Shown: positions 42,009 through 51,581 of the stretch, piece by piece
How positions within the stretch are numbered: the first letter of the stretch is position 1
How the letters are laid out: each line of letters starts with the position of its first letter
NCBI GenBank assembly: GCA_963805085.1
Contig: CAWDTA010000003.1
Coordinates: forward strand, 64,001-128,000
Source: an uncultured Veillonellaceae bacterium
Lineage (GTDB): Bacteria; Bacillota; Negativicutes; JARBTT01
Direction: 5' to 3'
Length of the DNA: 64,000 nucleotides
The notes under the pieces: model-generated
Told to the model about the DNA's origin: nothing
Seen by the model: the letters and a program-made list of their open reading frames with translations, nothing else
Databases searched by the model: none
Made by a program: the position numbers and the translations under genes

Positions 42009-42433
42009 TAGTTCCATTATTTTACTTTTTCTTTGTTTTGAAGAAGAAGCTTGTTTAGTGCACCCATTTTTTACGGATTGCTTACAAAATTTATTTTTTA
42101 TGGGCTTGACATATTACCAGATTGCTTGTTATAAATTTTAAAAAATTTATGAAAATACATTGATAAATTTTATTAATTAAATCATATAAAAATAAACAAG
42201 CAATGTAAAATCTAAAAAAATTATTGTTGATTATCATATAATTGAATGATTATTTAGATAATTTCTAAATTTAACAGTTTTTTATTTATATAATTCGTAT
42301 AAAATGAAAATTGCTAAACAGCAAAAAGTGAGTACTTGAAATAAAAAAGATATTTAAAATATGCTAAATATTTTAAATATCTTTAATAAAATTGTTTTGG
42401 CGATGGATGTTTTAATGATCATTATAATGCTAA

Positions 42434-43294
42434 TTAGAATGGTAGGTTTTTCACAAAATTAACAAACAATTTGACGATAGGAAGTTCAAGGGTGTCATTG
42501 TTATAAATCATCCAGGTCTTTCTTATAATATAGTTACCGGTGGCATCTTTTAAATTTAATTTGTGGATATTTGGAATGTTATCAACAATGCGTGATGGCA
42601 AAATGGCATAACCCAAACCGTTTTTGACCATTTCTTTACAAGTTGCTAATTTATCAACATGCATATTGATGGTTGGTGGTTTCAAGAAGTTTTCACGCCA
42701 CCATTTATCAATCTGTGATTTTAATAAATAGTCACTTTGATATTCGATACGGGGCAAATTTGGCAATTCATTAAAAATAAATGGTTGTGTAGAAGCAATA
42801 CATACAGGTTCTTCATACAATAGATCCATATTTTTGCAACCGCCATAATCAACGCTGACGAATCCGACATGGGTCTTTTTATTATAAATAAGACTAAAAA
42901 TATTTTTTGTCCAATCCGTGGTCATATTAAAATCAGCATTTGGATAATTTTTCTTGAATAGTTTTAATACATACGGTAATGTGTACGTAGTGAAATAATG
43001 AGAAGCACCAATTTCTAATGTTCCAGAGTCGATCTTAGATAAGTTGCGTACTTCATTTTTGATGTTGCTTAAACGTGAAACCATTTCAGAAGATGCTTTT
43101 ACGAGAAATTCACCTTCGGGAGTGATCTGGATTCCCTTGGTACTTCTATGAACAATTTGTACACCGAATTCTCTTTCAATATGTTGTAGCCGTGATGTTA
43201 AAGCAGGCTGTGACATATATAATAGTTGGGCGGCTTTGGTTATATTTTTTTCTGAATTCAGTGCTTGAATGATAAGCCAATCACGATCTTCCAT
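42434..43294 (-). CDS. LysR family regulator
   Basis: NITKAAQLLYMSQPALT...RSTKGI. Confidence 0.94.
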   Translation of the reverse strand: MEDRDWLIIQALNSEKNITKAAQLLYMSQPALTSRLQHIEREFGVQIVHRSTKGIQITPEGEFLVKASSEMVSRLSNIKNEVRNLSKIDSGTLEIGASHYFTTYTLPYVLKLFKKNYPNADFNMTTDWTKNIFSLIYNKKTHVGFVSVDYGGCKNMDLLYEEPVCIASTQPFIFNELPNLPRIEYQSDYLLKSQIDKWWRENFLKPPTINMHVDKLATCKEMVKNGLGYAILPSRIVDNIPNIHKLNLKDATGNYIIRKTWMIYNNDTLELPIVKLFVNFVKNLPF

Positions 43295-43872
43295 AGAAAA
43301 ATCCTCCTCTTTGATAAATAAGCATCAGATTGTCATCAATACTTTGTAATATTAATCATAATATTTTTTACGATAAACCTGGGTTAGCGAATCTTTTGTT
43401 TATCGTAGAAGAGTTACAATGAATAAAAGTTAAGTAGCATTATCGTTGCCTAACTTTATTTTTTTAATACAGCTCTGTTGATTTCTATAAAATAGTGTAT
43501 GACTAAATTTTATTAAAATTAATTGTTGTAAAAATGAATGTGCAATAATTATTTATAAAAAAACATATTGTATACTTATTATTATAGCATAGTGCCAATA
43601 ATGAATTGTTGGAATTTTTTAAATGCCGTACATTATTTTGTTTTTCACTATGAATATGTGAATTTTTGGTTGAAAAATACTAAAAAACTCTAAAAAGTGG
43701 TGCGCTGATTAAAAATGTATAAAGTATTTATTTAAAATAAAATTGTTTTCCGATAGGAACTTTTACTGTTTATATAGAAATAAGATAAAACAATAATAGT
43801 TTAAACTTTGTATTGCTGATGTGTTTTGTCTTTAGCATATTATCATCGATATACGATAGGGGTGGTTTTTTT

Positions 43873-44646
43873 ATGAGAATGCCAGCATTGTTTATTGGAC
43901 ATGGTTCACCAATGAATATTATTGAGGAAAATAATTATACCCGTAGTCTAATGAATTTAGGAAATAATCTTCCTAGGCCAGCTGCAATTTTGGTGGTAAG
44001 TGCACATTGGCAGACCATAGGTACTTATATTACGTCCGCTGAGCTCCCACAAACGATTTATGATTTTTATGGATTTCCAGAAGAGGTATACCAAGAAAGT
44101 TATCCTTGTCCAGGTTCATTAAAAATAGCAGGACGAGTCCAAGAACTTATGCCGGATGAGGTTAGTGGCGATTCTATTAGAGGAATTGACCACGCTGGTT
44201 GGGCTGTATTAAAGCATATGTATCCACAGGCTGACATCCCCACTTTGCAGTTAAGCCTGGATGTCAGAAGATCACCACAAGAACATTATGAACTAGGTAA
44301 AAATTTTGCTCGTTTGAGAGAAGAAGGGGTTCTAATCATCGGTAGTGGAAATATCGTCCATAATCTTTCGCAATTAGATTTTTCCAGTATGTATGGTACT
44401 GAAGTTTATCCATGGGCAGCAGCGTTTGACAAAACTGTAGCAGAGTTGTTAGTAAACCATGATCATGCAAGTCTCATTTCGTATGAAAATTTGCCTTATG
44501 CCAATATCTCTTTGCCTACCAATGAGCATTATCTGCCAATGCTTTATATAATCGCTATGCAAGCAGAGCATGAAAAGTTACAATTTATTTGTACAGATAT
44601 ACAAAATGGATCGATTGCAATGCGTAGTTTTATGATTTCTGATTGA
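43873..44646 (+). CDS. 4,5-DOPA extradiol dioxygenase family (YgiD-like)
   Basis: FIGHGSPMN, SAHW, IDH, GSGNIVHNL, EHYLP. Confidence 0.92.
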   Translation: MRMPALFIGHGSPMNIIEENNYTRSLMNLGNNLPRPAAILVVSAHWQTIGTYITSAELPQTIYDFYGFPEEVYQESYPCPGSLKIAGRVQELMPDEVSGDSIRGIDHAGWAVLKHMYPQADIPTLQLSLDVRRSPQEHYELGKNFARLREEGVLIIGSGNIVHNLSQLDFSSMYGTEVYPWAAAFDKTVAELLVNHDHASLISYENLPYANISLPTNEHYLPMLYIIAMQAEHEKLQFICTDIQNGSIAMRSFMISD

Positions 44647-44778
44647 TCGGTCATGGAATCAAGTCTATTTTTTATTTATACTAATAATTGATTTATCATA
44701 ACGTGTTTATTTTGCAAAGATATGATAAAATGTATATGTAGAATTTATGGATCACAATGATTTAAGGGAGGTTAGAAT

Positions 44779-45969
44779 ATGAGTTTTAAAATTACTGAAA
44801 ATGTTACTTGGGTAGGTAAGATAGACTGGGATTTAACAAAGTTCCATGGAGAAGAATATTCTACGCATAAGGGGTCTACCTATAATGCATATCTTGTTCG
44901 CGATGAGAAAAACGTCTTAATTGATACAGTGTGGTTGCCTTATACAGAAGAATTTGTCGACAATCTACAAAAAGAAATCGCATTAGCGGAGATTGATTAT
45001 ATTATTATCAATCATGGTGAAGTTGATCATAGTGGTGCATTGACGAAATTGATGGAACTGATTCCTGATACTCCAATTTATTGTACAGCAAATGCAGTAA
45101 AATCATTAAAAGGACAATATCATAAAGACTGGAATTTTCACGTGGTGAAAACAGGGGACAAGCTTAACATAGGTTCCAAAGAATTTATTTTTGTTGAAGC
45201 GCCGATGATGCATTGGCCAGATACGATGATGTGTTATCTCACAGGTGAAAATATTTTATTTAGTAATGATGCTTTTGGCCAACACTATGCATCCGAATAT
45301 ATGTTCAATGATTTGGTTGACCAAGCGGAATTATATAGAGAAACGTTAAAATACTATGCCAATATTCTTACGCCATTTAACCGTCAGGTTGAGCGTAAAT
45401 TAAAGGAACTCGCAGAGCTTAATTTAACGATTGATATTATTTGTCCAAGTCATGGTGTGGTTTGGCGTGACAATCCAATGCAAATTGTGAATAAATACAG
45501 CGAATGGGTGAAGGATCATCAAGAAAACCAAATCACCATTATTTATGATACAATGTGGGATGGGACACGTAAACTCGCTGAGGCTATTGCCGAAGGTATC
45601 AAACAGGCCGATGCGACTGTTAATATCAAACTTTATAATACAGGTCGCAAGGATAAAAATGATATTTTAACGGAGATCTTCCAATCTAAAGCAATTTTGG
45701 TTGGTTCACCAACCGTAAATAATGGCGTGTTATCATCAATTGCTGGTATCATGGAAGAAATCAGAGGTTTACAGTTTAAAAATAAAAAAGCTGCTGCTTT
45801 TGGTACCTATGGTTGGAGTGAAAAATCAGTAAAAATGATTGGTCAACTTTTAAACGAAGCGGGATTTGAAGTGGTCAATGATGGATATAAGGTTTCGTGG
45901 AATCCAGATGAAGCAACACTTGATGGGGCAGTGGAGTTTGGCAAGAGTTTTGTGAAAGCACTGGGATAG
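44779..45969 (+). CDS. fprA: Flavodiiron protein (FprA/NorV-like)
   Basis: HGEVDH, HWPD, SNDAFGQH, PSHG, flavodoxin domain. Confidence 0.92.
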   Translation: MSFKITENVTWVGKIDWDLTKFHGEEYSTHKGSTYNAYLVRDEKNVLIDTVWLPYTEEFVDNLQKEIALAEIDYIIINHGEVDHSGALTKLMELIPDTPIYCTANAVKSLKGQYHKDWNFHVVKTGDKLNIGSKEFIFVEAPMMHWPDTMMCYLTGENILFSNDAFGQHYASEYMFNDLVDQAELYRETLKYYANILTPFNRQVERKLKELAELNLTIDIICPSHGVVWRDNPMQIVNKYSEWVKDHQENQITIIYDTMWDGTRKLAEAIAEGIKQADATVNIKLYNTGRKDKNDILTEIFQSKAILVGSPTVNNGVLSSIAGIMEEIRGLQFKNKKAAAFGTYGWSEKSVKMIGQLLNEAGFEVVNDGYKVSWNPDEATLDGAVEFGKSFVKALG

Positions 45970-45994
45970 GCTCTAATTGCAGATGAATTGCAAC

Positions 45995-46144
45995 GAAAAA
46001 CAACAAGTCGGCAAGAGACGAATCTAAGGGCTAGTGCTAGGTATAAGAACGCAATGAAGGCTAAGCTCCCTGCGGTCAAACAAAAAGCCTTCAAAGCTAC
46101 GTACTAGTATGATCCGTCTATGTTGCCTTGGTTAAATGTTTTTC
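45995..46144. repeat. ~150-bp rod-like palindromic element (REP/MITE-like or ncRNA)
   Basis: Nested arms GAAAAACA/TGTTTTTC, GGCAA/TTGCC, AGACG/CGTCT, CTAGT/ACTAG, TGAAGGCT/AGCCTTCA around the loop CTCCCTGCGGTCAAACA. Confidence 0.6.
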
Positions 46145-46342
46145 TTATGTAACACATCTGATTTCGATATAAAATTATTTTAATTGATAAACTGAAATGG
46201 ACAGGTTACTGTCCATTTTTTTTAGTTTATGGTAGAATTTTAAAATAAAAATTTTTTATAGGGTTTTTATTTATTATATTGAAATATAAAGAGATATTAG
46301 ATTTCGTATAAAATTTTATTGATTAATAGGATGGTGTAAATT

Positions 46343-47305
46343 TTGAATGTTTCAGTTTTAGGTTGCGGGCGTTGGGGGACTTTTTTGGCTTGGTATGCAA
46401 ATCGAGTTGGGCATACTGTTATGTTATGGGGGAGAGAAGGTTCGCGAAAATTTGCCGAGTTAGAAGATGTGCGAAAAAATGATTATTTAACCTTGCCAGC
46501 GGAAGTTCAGTTAAGCAATGAGTTAGAAAAGGTAATTTCCTTTGGTGAGACTATTATTATTTCGATTAGTGCGCAAGAATTACGTTCCTTTGGTGAACGA
46601 ATTAGTCAGTTCGCTCGTATAGAAGATAAAATATTCGTTTTATGCATGAAGGGGATTGAAGCGAGTAGTGGTAAACGTTTATCGCAGGTGTTTCAAGAAC
46701 AAATTGGCCAAGATAAAAAAATAGGCGTTTGGGTAGGCCCTGGGCATGTCCAGGATTTTGTTAGAGAGATTCCTAACTGTATGGTCATTGGTTCTAACAA
46801 TCTTACGGTAACGAAGACAATTGTCGATACATTTAATAGTAACTTAATTCGTTTTTATTATGGTAAAGATTTACTTGGTATCGAAATCGGTGCTGCGGCG
46901 AAAAATGTTATGGGAATTGCAGCAGGGATGTTAGATGGAATGAATTATAGTAGCTTAAAAGGCGCTTTAATGGCGAGGGGAACGCGCGAGTTATCCTTGT
47001 TGGTAGAAGCAATGGGTGGCGATGCTACAACGATCTATGGACTGAGCCATCTAGGTGATTATGAAGCTACTTTATTTTCTTTACATAGCCATAATCGGAA
47101 ATATGGCGAAGGTTTGGTTAAGGGAGAGAAATTTGATAAATTAGCCGAAGGTGTTTCCACGGTGGTGGCATTAAAAAAATTAGCAGAGGAATATAAAATA
47201 GAGTTACCAATCTGTAATGCTGTGTATGAAATCGTTATTGAACGTAAAGAGCCGAAAGAAAAGTTATTAGATTTATTTTTACGTCCAGTGAAGTTTGAGT
47301 TTTAG
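46343..47305 (+). CDS. gpsA: NAD(P)H-dependent glycerol-3-phosphate dehydrogenase
   Basis: GCGRWG, KGIE, AKNV, LGD, SHN, AEGV. Confidence 0.88.
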   Translation: MNVSVLGCGRWGTFLAWYANRVGHTVMLWGREGSRKFAELEDVRKNDYLTLPAEVQLSNELEKVISFGETIIISISAQELRSFGERISQFARIEDKIFVLCMKGIEASSGKRLSQVFQEQIGQDKKIGVWVGPGHVQDFVREIPNCMVIGSNNLTVTKTIVDTFNSNLIRFYYGKDLLGIEIGAAAKNVMGIAAGMLDGMNYSSLKGALMARGTRELSLLVEAMGGDATTIYGLSHLGDYEATLFSLHSHNRKYGEGLVKGEKFDKLAEGVSTVVALKKLAEEYKIELPICNAVYEIVIERKEPKEKLLDLFLRPVKFEF

Positions 47306-47382
47306 ACATGATGACTAGTATTAAGGGCTAAAAACTTGTACAATGCTACTATTAAAATAGTAAAATTATGTGGAGGTAACTT

Positions 47383-48726
47383 GTGAATTTTCAAAATGAA
47401 TATCAAAAGAAATTGGTTTCAGGACAAACAGCAGTAAAGGTAGTAAAATCGGGAGATTGGATCGACTATAGCTTTGGTTTAGGCCAACCAGTGGCTTTAG
47501 ATAAAGCATTGGCGGTGCGTAAAGGTGAGCTTAGTGATGTAAAGGTTAGGGGCGCGCTTAGGTTTTCGCCGCTGGCGATTACTGAAGTTGATCCAGAAAG
47601 GGAGTATTTTTGCTATAATAGTTGGCATTTTAGTGGGCTTGAACGTAAACTTAGCGATCAGGGGCTTTGTAATTATCTGCCGATGATTTATCGTAATTTG
47701 CCACTTTACTATCGTAAAAGTTTAGAAGTCGATGTTGCGATGTTGGCAGTTTCGCCGATGGACCAGCAAGGGTATTTTAATTTTTCTTTGACGAATTCAG
47801 CATCAAGAGCAGTTATAGAGCGAGCAAAAATTGTTATTTTAGAAATAAATGATAAGTTGCCACGGGTAAGTGGCGGCAAAGAAAATGCCGTGCATATTAG
47901 TGAAGTTGACTTTATTGTTGAGGGAGATCATCCTGGGGTGCCAGTGATTAATCCTAGTGAAATTTCTGCGGAAGAAATGAAAATAGCGGCGTTTATCACG
48001 AAAGAAATTCCCGATGGAGCAACGATTCAACTAGGAATTGGTGGCCTGCCAAATGCAGTGGGAACGATGATTGCTGATTCAGATTTGAAAAATCTCGGTA
48101 TGCATACAGAAATGTTAGTGGATGCGTATATGGTGATTGATCAAGCAGGTAAGTTAACGAATACAGAAAAAGCGATGAACCCTGGGAAAGGCGTATTCTC
48201 CATCTGTGCTGGTAGTAATAGCTTGTATGAATGGGTGAAGAATAACCCTGCATTGGAATCTTATCCGGTGAATTATGTAAATGATCCTGCTGTAATCGCG
48301 CAAATCGATAATTTTATCAGCATAAATAATTGTATTGAAGTTGATCTTTATGGGCAGGTGACAGCAGAGTGTGCAGGAAAACGTCATATTAGTGGGACAG
48401 GTGGACAGCTTGATTTTGTAACAGGGGGATACTTATCGAATGGTGGTAAAAGTTTTGTTGCTTTAACCTCTACCTATACGGACAGAAAGACTGGCTTGCT
48501 AAAATCACGTTTAGTACCAACATTAGTTTCTAATACAGCGATTACCAATCCACGTTCACAAGTACATTATTTAGTAACAGAGTGGGGCATTGCTGATTTA
48601 GCAGGACGCTCGACTTGGGAACGTGCGGAACGGATCATTGCGATCGCGCACCCAGACTTCCACGAAACATTGATAAAAGAAGCAGAAAGTTTAGGAATTT
48701 GGAGGACAACAAATAAGCGGATATGA
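47383..48726 (+). CDS. Butyryl-CoA:acetate CoA-transferase / acetyl-CoA hydrolase family
   Basis: QLGIGG, GMHTEM, HISGTGGQLDF, ERAERIIAIAHPDF. Confidence 0.9.
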   Translation: MNFQNEYQKKLVSGQTAVKVVKSGDWIDYSFGLGQPVALDKALAVRKGELSDVKVRGALRFSPLAITEVDPEREYFCYNSWHFSGLERKLSDQGLCNYLPMIYRNLPLYYRKSLEVDVAMLAVSPMDQQGYFNFSLTNSASRAVIERAKIVILEINDKLPRVSGGKENAVHISEVDFIVEGDHPGVPVINPSEISAEEMKIAAFITKEIPDGATIQLGIGGLPNAVGTMIADSDLKNLGMHTEMLVDAYMVIDQAGKLTNTEKAMNPGKGVFSICAGSNSLYEWVKNNPALESYPVNYVNDPAVIAQIDNFISINNCIEVDLYGQVTAECAGKRHISGTGGQLDFVTGGYLSNGGKSFVALTSTYTDRKTGLLKSRLVPTLVSNTAITNPRSQVHYLVTEWGIADLAGRSTWERAERIIAIAHPDFHETLIKEAESLGIWRTTNKRI

Positions 48727-48889
48727 AATAAAAATTTCGCAGCATACTTGCGAATTTTGTAGTGAATAGAATGATGAAATAAGGAAAAATCCTATTAACT
48801 TAGATGAATGTAAATTCATAAGGGAATTGGAAGATTATTCTTGTATTTTGTTTTTTTATGAGATATAATGTAATATAATATGTATATGT

Positions 48890-48976
48890 TTTATATATAG
48901 CAAACCTATTGAAAAGTAGGGACGCAAAGCCGTGGGTCTAAAGATGATACGAGTCTATGACTGCCTGGTTGCATCA
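48890..48976 (+). ncRNA. GEMM-I cyclic-dinucleotide riboswitch aptamer, A20 variant
   Basis: AGCAAAC-CTATT-GAAA-AGTAG-GGACGCAAAGC...GGGTCTAA...ATGACTGCCTGGTTGC. Confidence 0.9.
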
Positions 48977-49004
48977 ATTCATGATGTAACTAGGCAGTTT
49001 TTTT
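48960..49004 (+). terminator. Riboswitch expression-platform terminator
   Basis: ACTGCCTGGTTGCATCA / TGATGTAACTAGGCAGT stem plus T-run, overlapping the aptamer 3' strand. Confidence 0.85.
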
Positions 49005-49072
49005 GTTAACCTTTTTACTATGATATTTACAGAGAATATTTGATTTGATCAAAGTTATAGGAAAGGAAAAAC

Positions 49073-49969
49073 ATGAATTTAGAAAAACAAATTGTTCTTA
49101 TTGTTGATGATATATACTTTAATGCTAAATTTATTGAGGATATTTTGAAAGATGATTATCTGGTAGTCATCGTAACATCGGGAAAAGAATGTCTTGATTA
49201 TGTTGAGCATAAAAAAGTCGATATTATTTTATTAGATATTGTTATGCCTGAAATAGATGGATATGAGGTATGTCAAAGGCTAAAAGCAAACTCGGCAACA
49301 AAAAAAATTCCAGTTGTTTTTTTATCGGTAAAGGGAGAAATTGAAGATGAAACAAAGGGCTTGGAGCTTGGGGCAATCGATTATATTATAAAGCCTGCTA
49401 GTATCTCCATTATAAAGGCACGAATTAAAAATCATTTAGCAGTAAAAAAATATAATGATGTCTTGGAGAAACTTTCTTTTGTTGACGAATTAACGGGGCT
49501 ATTTAATCGTCGTTATTTAGATAAGGTATTAAAGAAAGAATGGCAATGTGCTTTGCGTACTGGTGAGATCTTATCGGTTCTTTTAATTGACATTGACTTT
49601 TTTAAAGGCTTCAATGATTGTTATGGCCATTTAAAGGGAGATAAGTGTCTGCAAAAAGTGGCGACTGTTTTAAAAAATTCGGTATTGCGTTCGAGTGATA
49701 TTGTTACAAGGTATGGTGGCGAGGAATTTATTATTATTTTGCCGTCAACATCTCAAAATGGAGCAATAAAAGTAGCAAAAAGATTACAGGAGCAATTAGC
49801 TTTATTAAAGATAATCCACCAAGGGTCAGATATCAGTGAGTATGTTACGGTGAGTATTGGTATGGCTTCTGTTATTTCAAAAGACTTTATCGATGAAAAA
49901 GGGATCCTTGAAATGGCTGATTTCGCATTATATCAAGCCAAAAGGCAAGGGCGAAATAGAATTGTATAA
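49073..49969 (+). CDS. REC-GGDEF diguanylate cyclase
   Basis: IVDD, LLDIVMP, KP; DIDFFK, NDCYGHLKGD, RSSD I-site, GGEEF. Confidence 0.94.
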   Translation: MNLEKQIVLIVDDIYFNAKFIEDILKDDYLVVIVTSGKECLDYVEHKKVDIILLDIVMPEIDGYEVCQRLKANSATKKIPVVFLSVKGEIEDETKGLELGAIDYIIKPASISIIKARIKNHLAVKKYNDVLEKLSFVDELTGLFNRRYLDKVLKKEWQCALRTGEILSVLLIDIDFFKGFNDCYGHLKGDKCLQKVATVLKNSVLRSSDIVTRYGGEEFIIILPSTSQNGAIKVAKRLQEQLALLKIIHQGSDISEYVTVSIGMASVISKDFIDEKGILEMADFALYQAKRQGRNRIV

Positions 49970-50065
49970 GCTGGTCCGATAAGGTAATGCACCTGTAATT
50001 TAATTATCATTCGTGAGCATAATTGCTATCATAATTAAAAATTTCAAATAGTAGAGTTTCTATAT

Positions 50066-50129
50066 GCAACCAATAAAAGCTTACTTAAATCCTATTTTAT
50101 ATGGATTTAAGTAAGCTTTTATTGGTTGT
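50066..50129. terminator. Long inverted repeat downstream of the cyclase
   Basis: CAACCAATAAAAGCTTACTTAAATCC...GGATTTAAGTAAGCTTTTATTGGTTG. Confidence 0.65.
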
Positions 50130-50305
50130 AGAAAAATGTGATCTTTTTTAGGTAAAATTCTATGTAGTCATATATTTCACTGATCTATATTGTGTGGTTG
50201 CAAGAAATCAATGATAGGCAGATGAAAAGAAGAACATAAAAAAAAGTTGATGCATAATATAAGTTAGGTAAATTGCAAATGAAAAAGAATATAGGAGGGA
50301 AAAGT

Positions 50306-50620
50306 ATGAGCTTTCTCAACTGCTTTGCCAATAGTATAGGATCCATAACAATACTAACGGATGATGGTTTTATATTTCAAGGACAAATCGTGAAGTTCCG
50401 TGAAGAAGACCGACATAAGGAAGAGGATTTTATTTTATTAGAATTGATTTGTAACGCTTCAAGGGTTACTGAAGATGGAGAAATTAGAAATATACATCCA
50501 GCACTTTATCGGGATAATGATATTATTAGAATTAATATATGCAGTATCATTGCAGTAGGTCCTAGTAACGGTTGCCCGAGCAACCATGACCATCATAAGA
50601 GCGAAATTTGTTCACAGTAA
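50306..50620 (+). CDS. Small hypothetical protein, paralog of 31391-31690
   Basis: AGGAGG RBS; SigK-like AC-N17-CATAATATA at 50234-50261. Confidence 0.75.
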   Translation: MSFLNCFANSIGSITILTDDGFIFQGQIVKFREEDRHKEEDFILLELICNASRVTEDGEIRNIHPALYRDNDIIRINICSIIAVGPSNGCPSNHDHHKSEICSQ

Positions 50621-50792
50621 TTTAAACCCTGCTTATTGGATTAATTATGGCAGTTACTGAAGCTGGCACCTTTGTTATAGGGTGTCAGCTTCAGTATGGT
50701 ATTTAAAATATACAAAAACCCGCAGATTTGCGGGCTTTTGTATGCTTACTGATTTATATTTGAACCACATCAATACTGCATCGGAAAATCTT

Positions 50793-51317
50793 TTACCAAG
50801 TAGTTCCACTAACGATTGCTCCAAGTGTTGCGTTGTTAATAGTAAGAGTGCCAGCCACAGTACTAATACTAGGAGTTACAACTAGGGTATAGGTGGCGCC
50901 GTCTTGATTTGCCTCAAGATCATAAACGAAGAATGAAAAAGTATCCGTAGTAGCTAAAGATACAGTTTGAGGAGGTGTTATGCCAACCGCAAGTTGTCTG
51001 GAGAAAACCCATTGTGGTCCAACAGCAACGAGTAACAGTTGGTTAAAATCCTGCCTGAATATCTGAAAGTTTAAAGTTGCATCAAATTGAGTAGCTGGGA
51101 ATACTATATTACCAGCAAATTCAAGTTTTATAATTTGCTGAGAAAAGCGAGAAGTATTGATAGGAAGTGTAGAAATCGTTGTTCCTGTCGGTGTGCCAAC
51201 TGTTGGTATTGCTATTGTTGCTGTCGTAGGTGTTCCAGGTTTTATAAGAGTTAAAGTTGATTCTGGTTGACAAAGATCATTACATTGATCTTCACAATTA
51301 TTTTTTTTAAAATCCAT
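50793..51317 (-). CDS. DUF4489-like putative spore-surface protein
   Basis: IKLEFAGNI, LNFQIFR, VGPQWVF, TFSFFVYD, TYTLVV, INNATL. Confidence 0.75.
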   Translation of the reverse strand: MDFKKNNCEDQCNDLCQPESTLTLIKPGTPTTATIAIPTVGTPTGTTISTLPINTSRFSQQIIKLEFAGNIVFPATQFDATLNFQIFRQDFNQLLLVAVGPQWVFSRQLAVGITPPQTVSLATTDTFSFFVYDLEANQDGATYTLVVTPSISTVAGTLTINNATLGAIVSGTTW

Positions 51318-51581
51318 GTGTTAATTCCCCCTTAAATTTTAGAATAGAGATTTGATACAAATTCACTACCGTTCATACACTTCATTATATGAGTCAAATG
51401 AATAAATGTTCCTATTTTATTTATTTTTATGGGGAAATAAATAATAATTTACAAATTCGATAAGTTATAGATAAAGAATAATTACGTAAACTTAAAATAG
51501 TAATTGGGAATTAGAGTGAAAAGCGACAACTAGGTAGAAAAATGTACTTAATTGCCGCTTTATTGTTTTATTCGATTAATT

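Larger units (their letters stand above)
40437..42127 (+). mobile_element. IS110-family insertion sequence, ends inferred (TT core)
   Basis: Intact transposase, long left non-coding region, TTGACA near the right end, no terminal IRs. Confidence 0.8.

Noticed and set aside
45995-46144. 6S or SRP RNA call for the rod element
   Set aside because: No recognisable conserved 6S or SRP motifs; kept only as an unnamed element.
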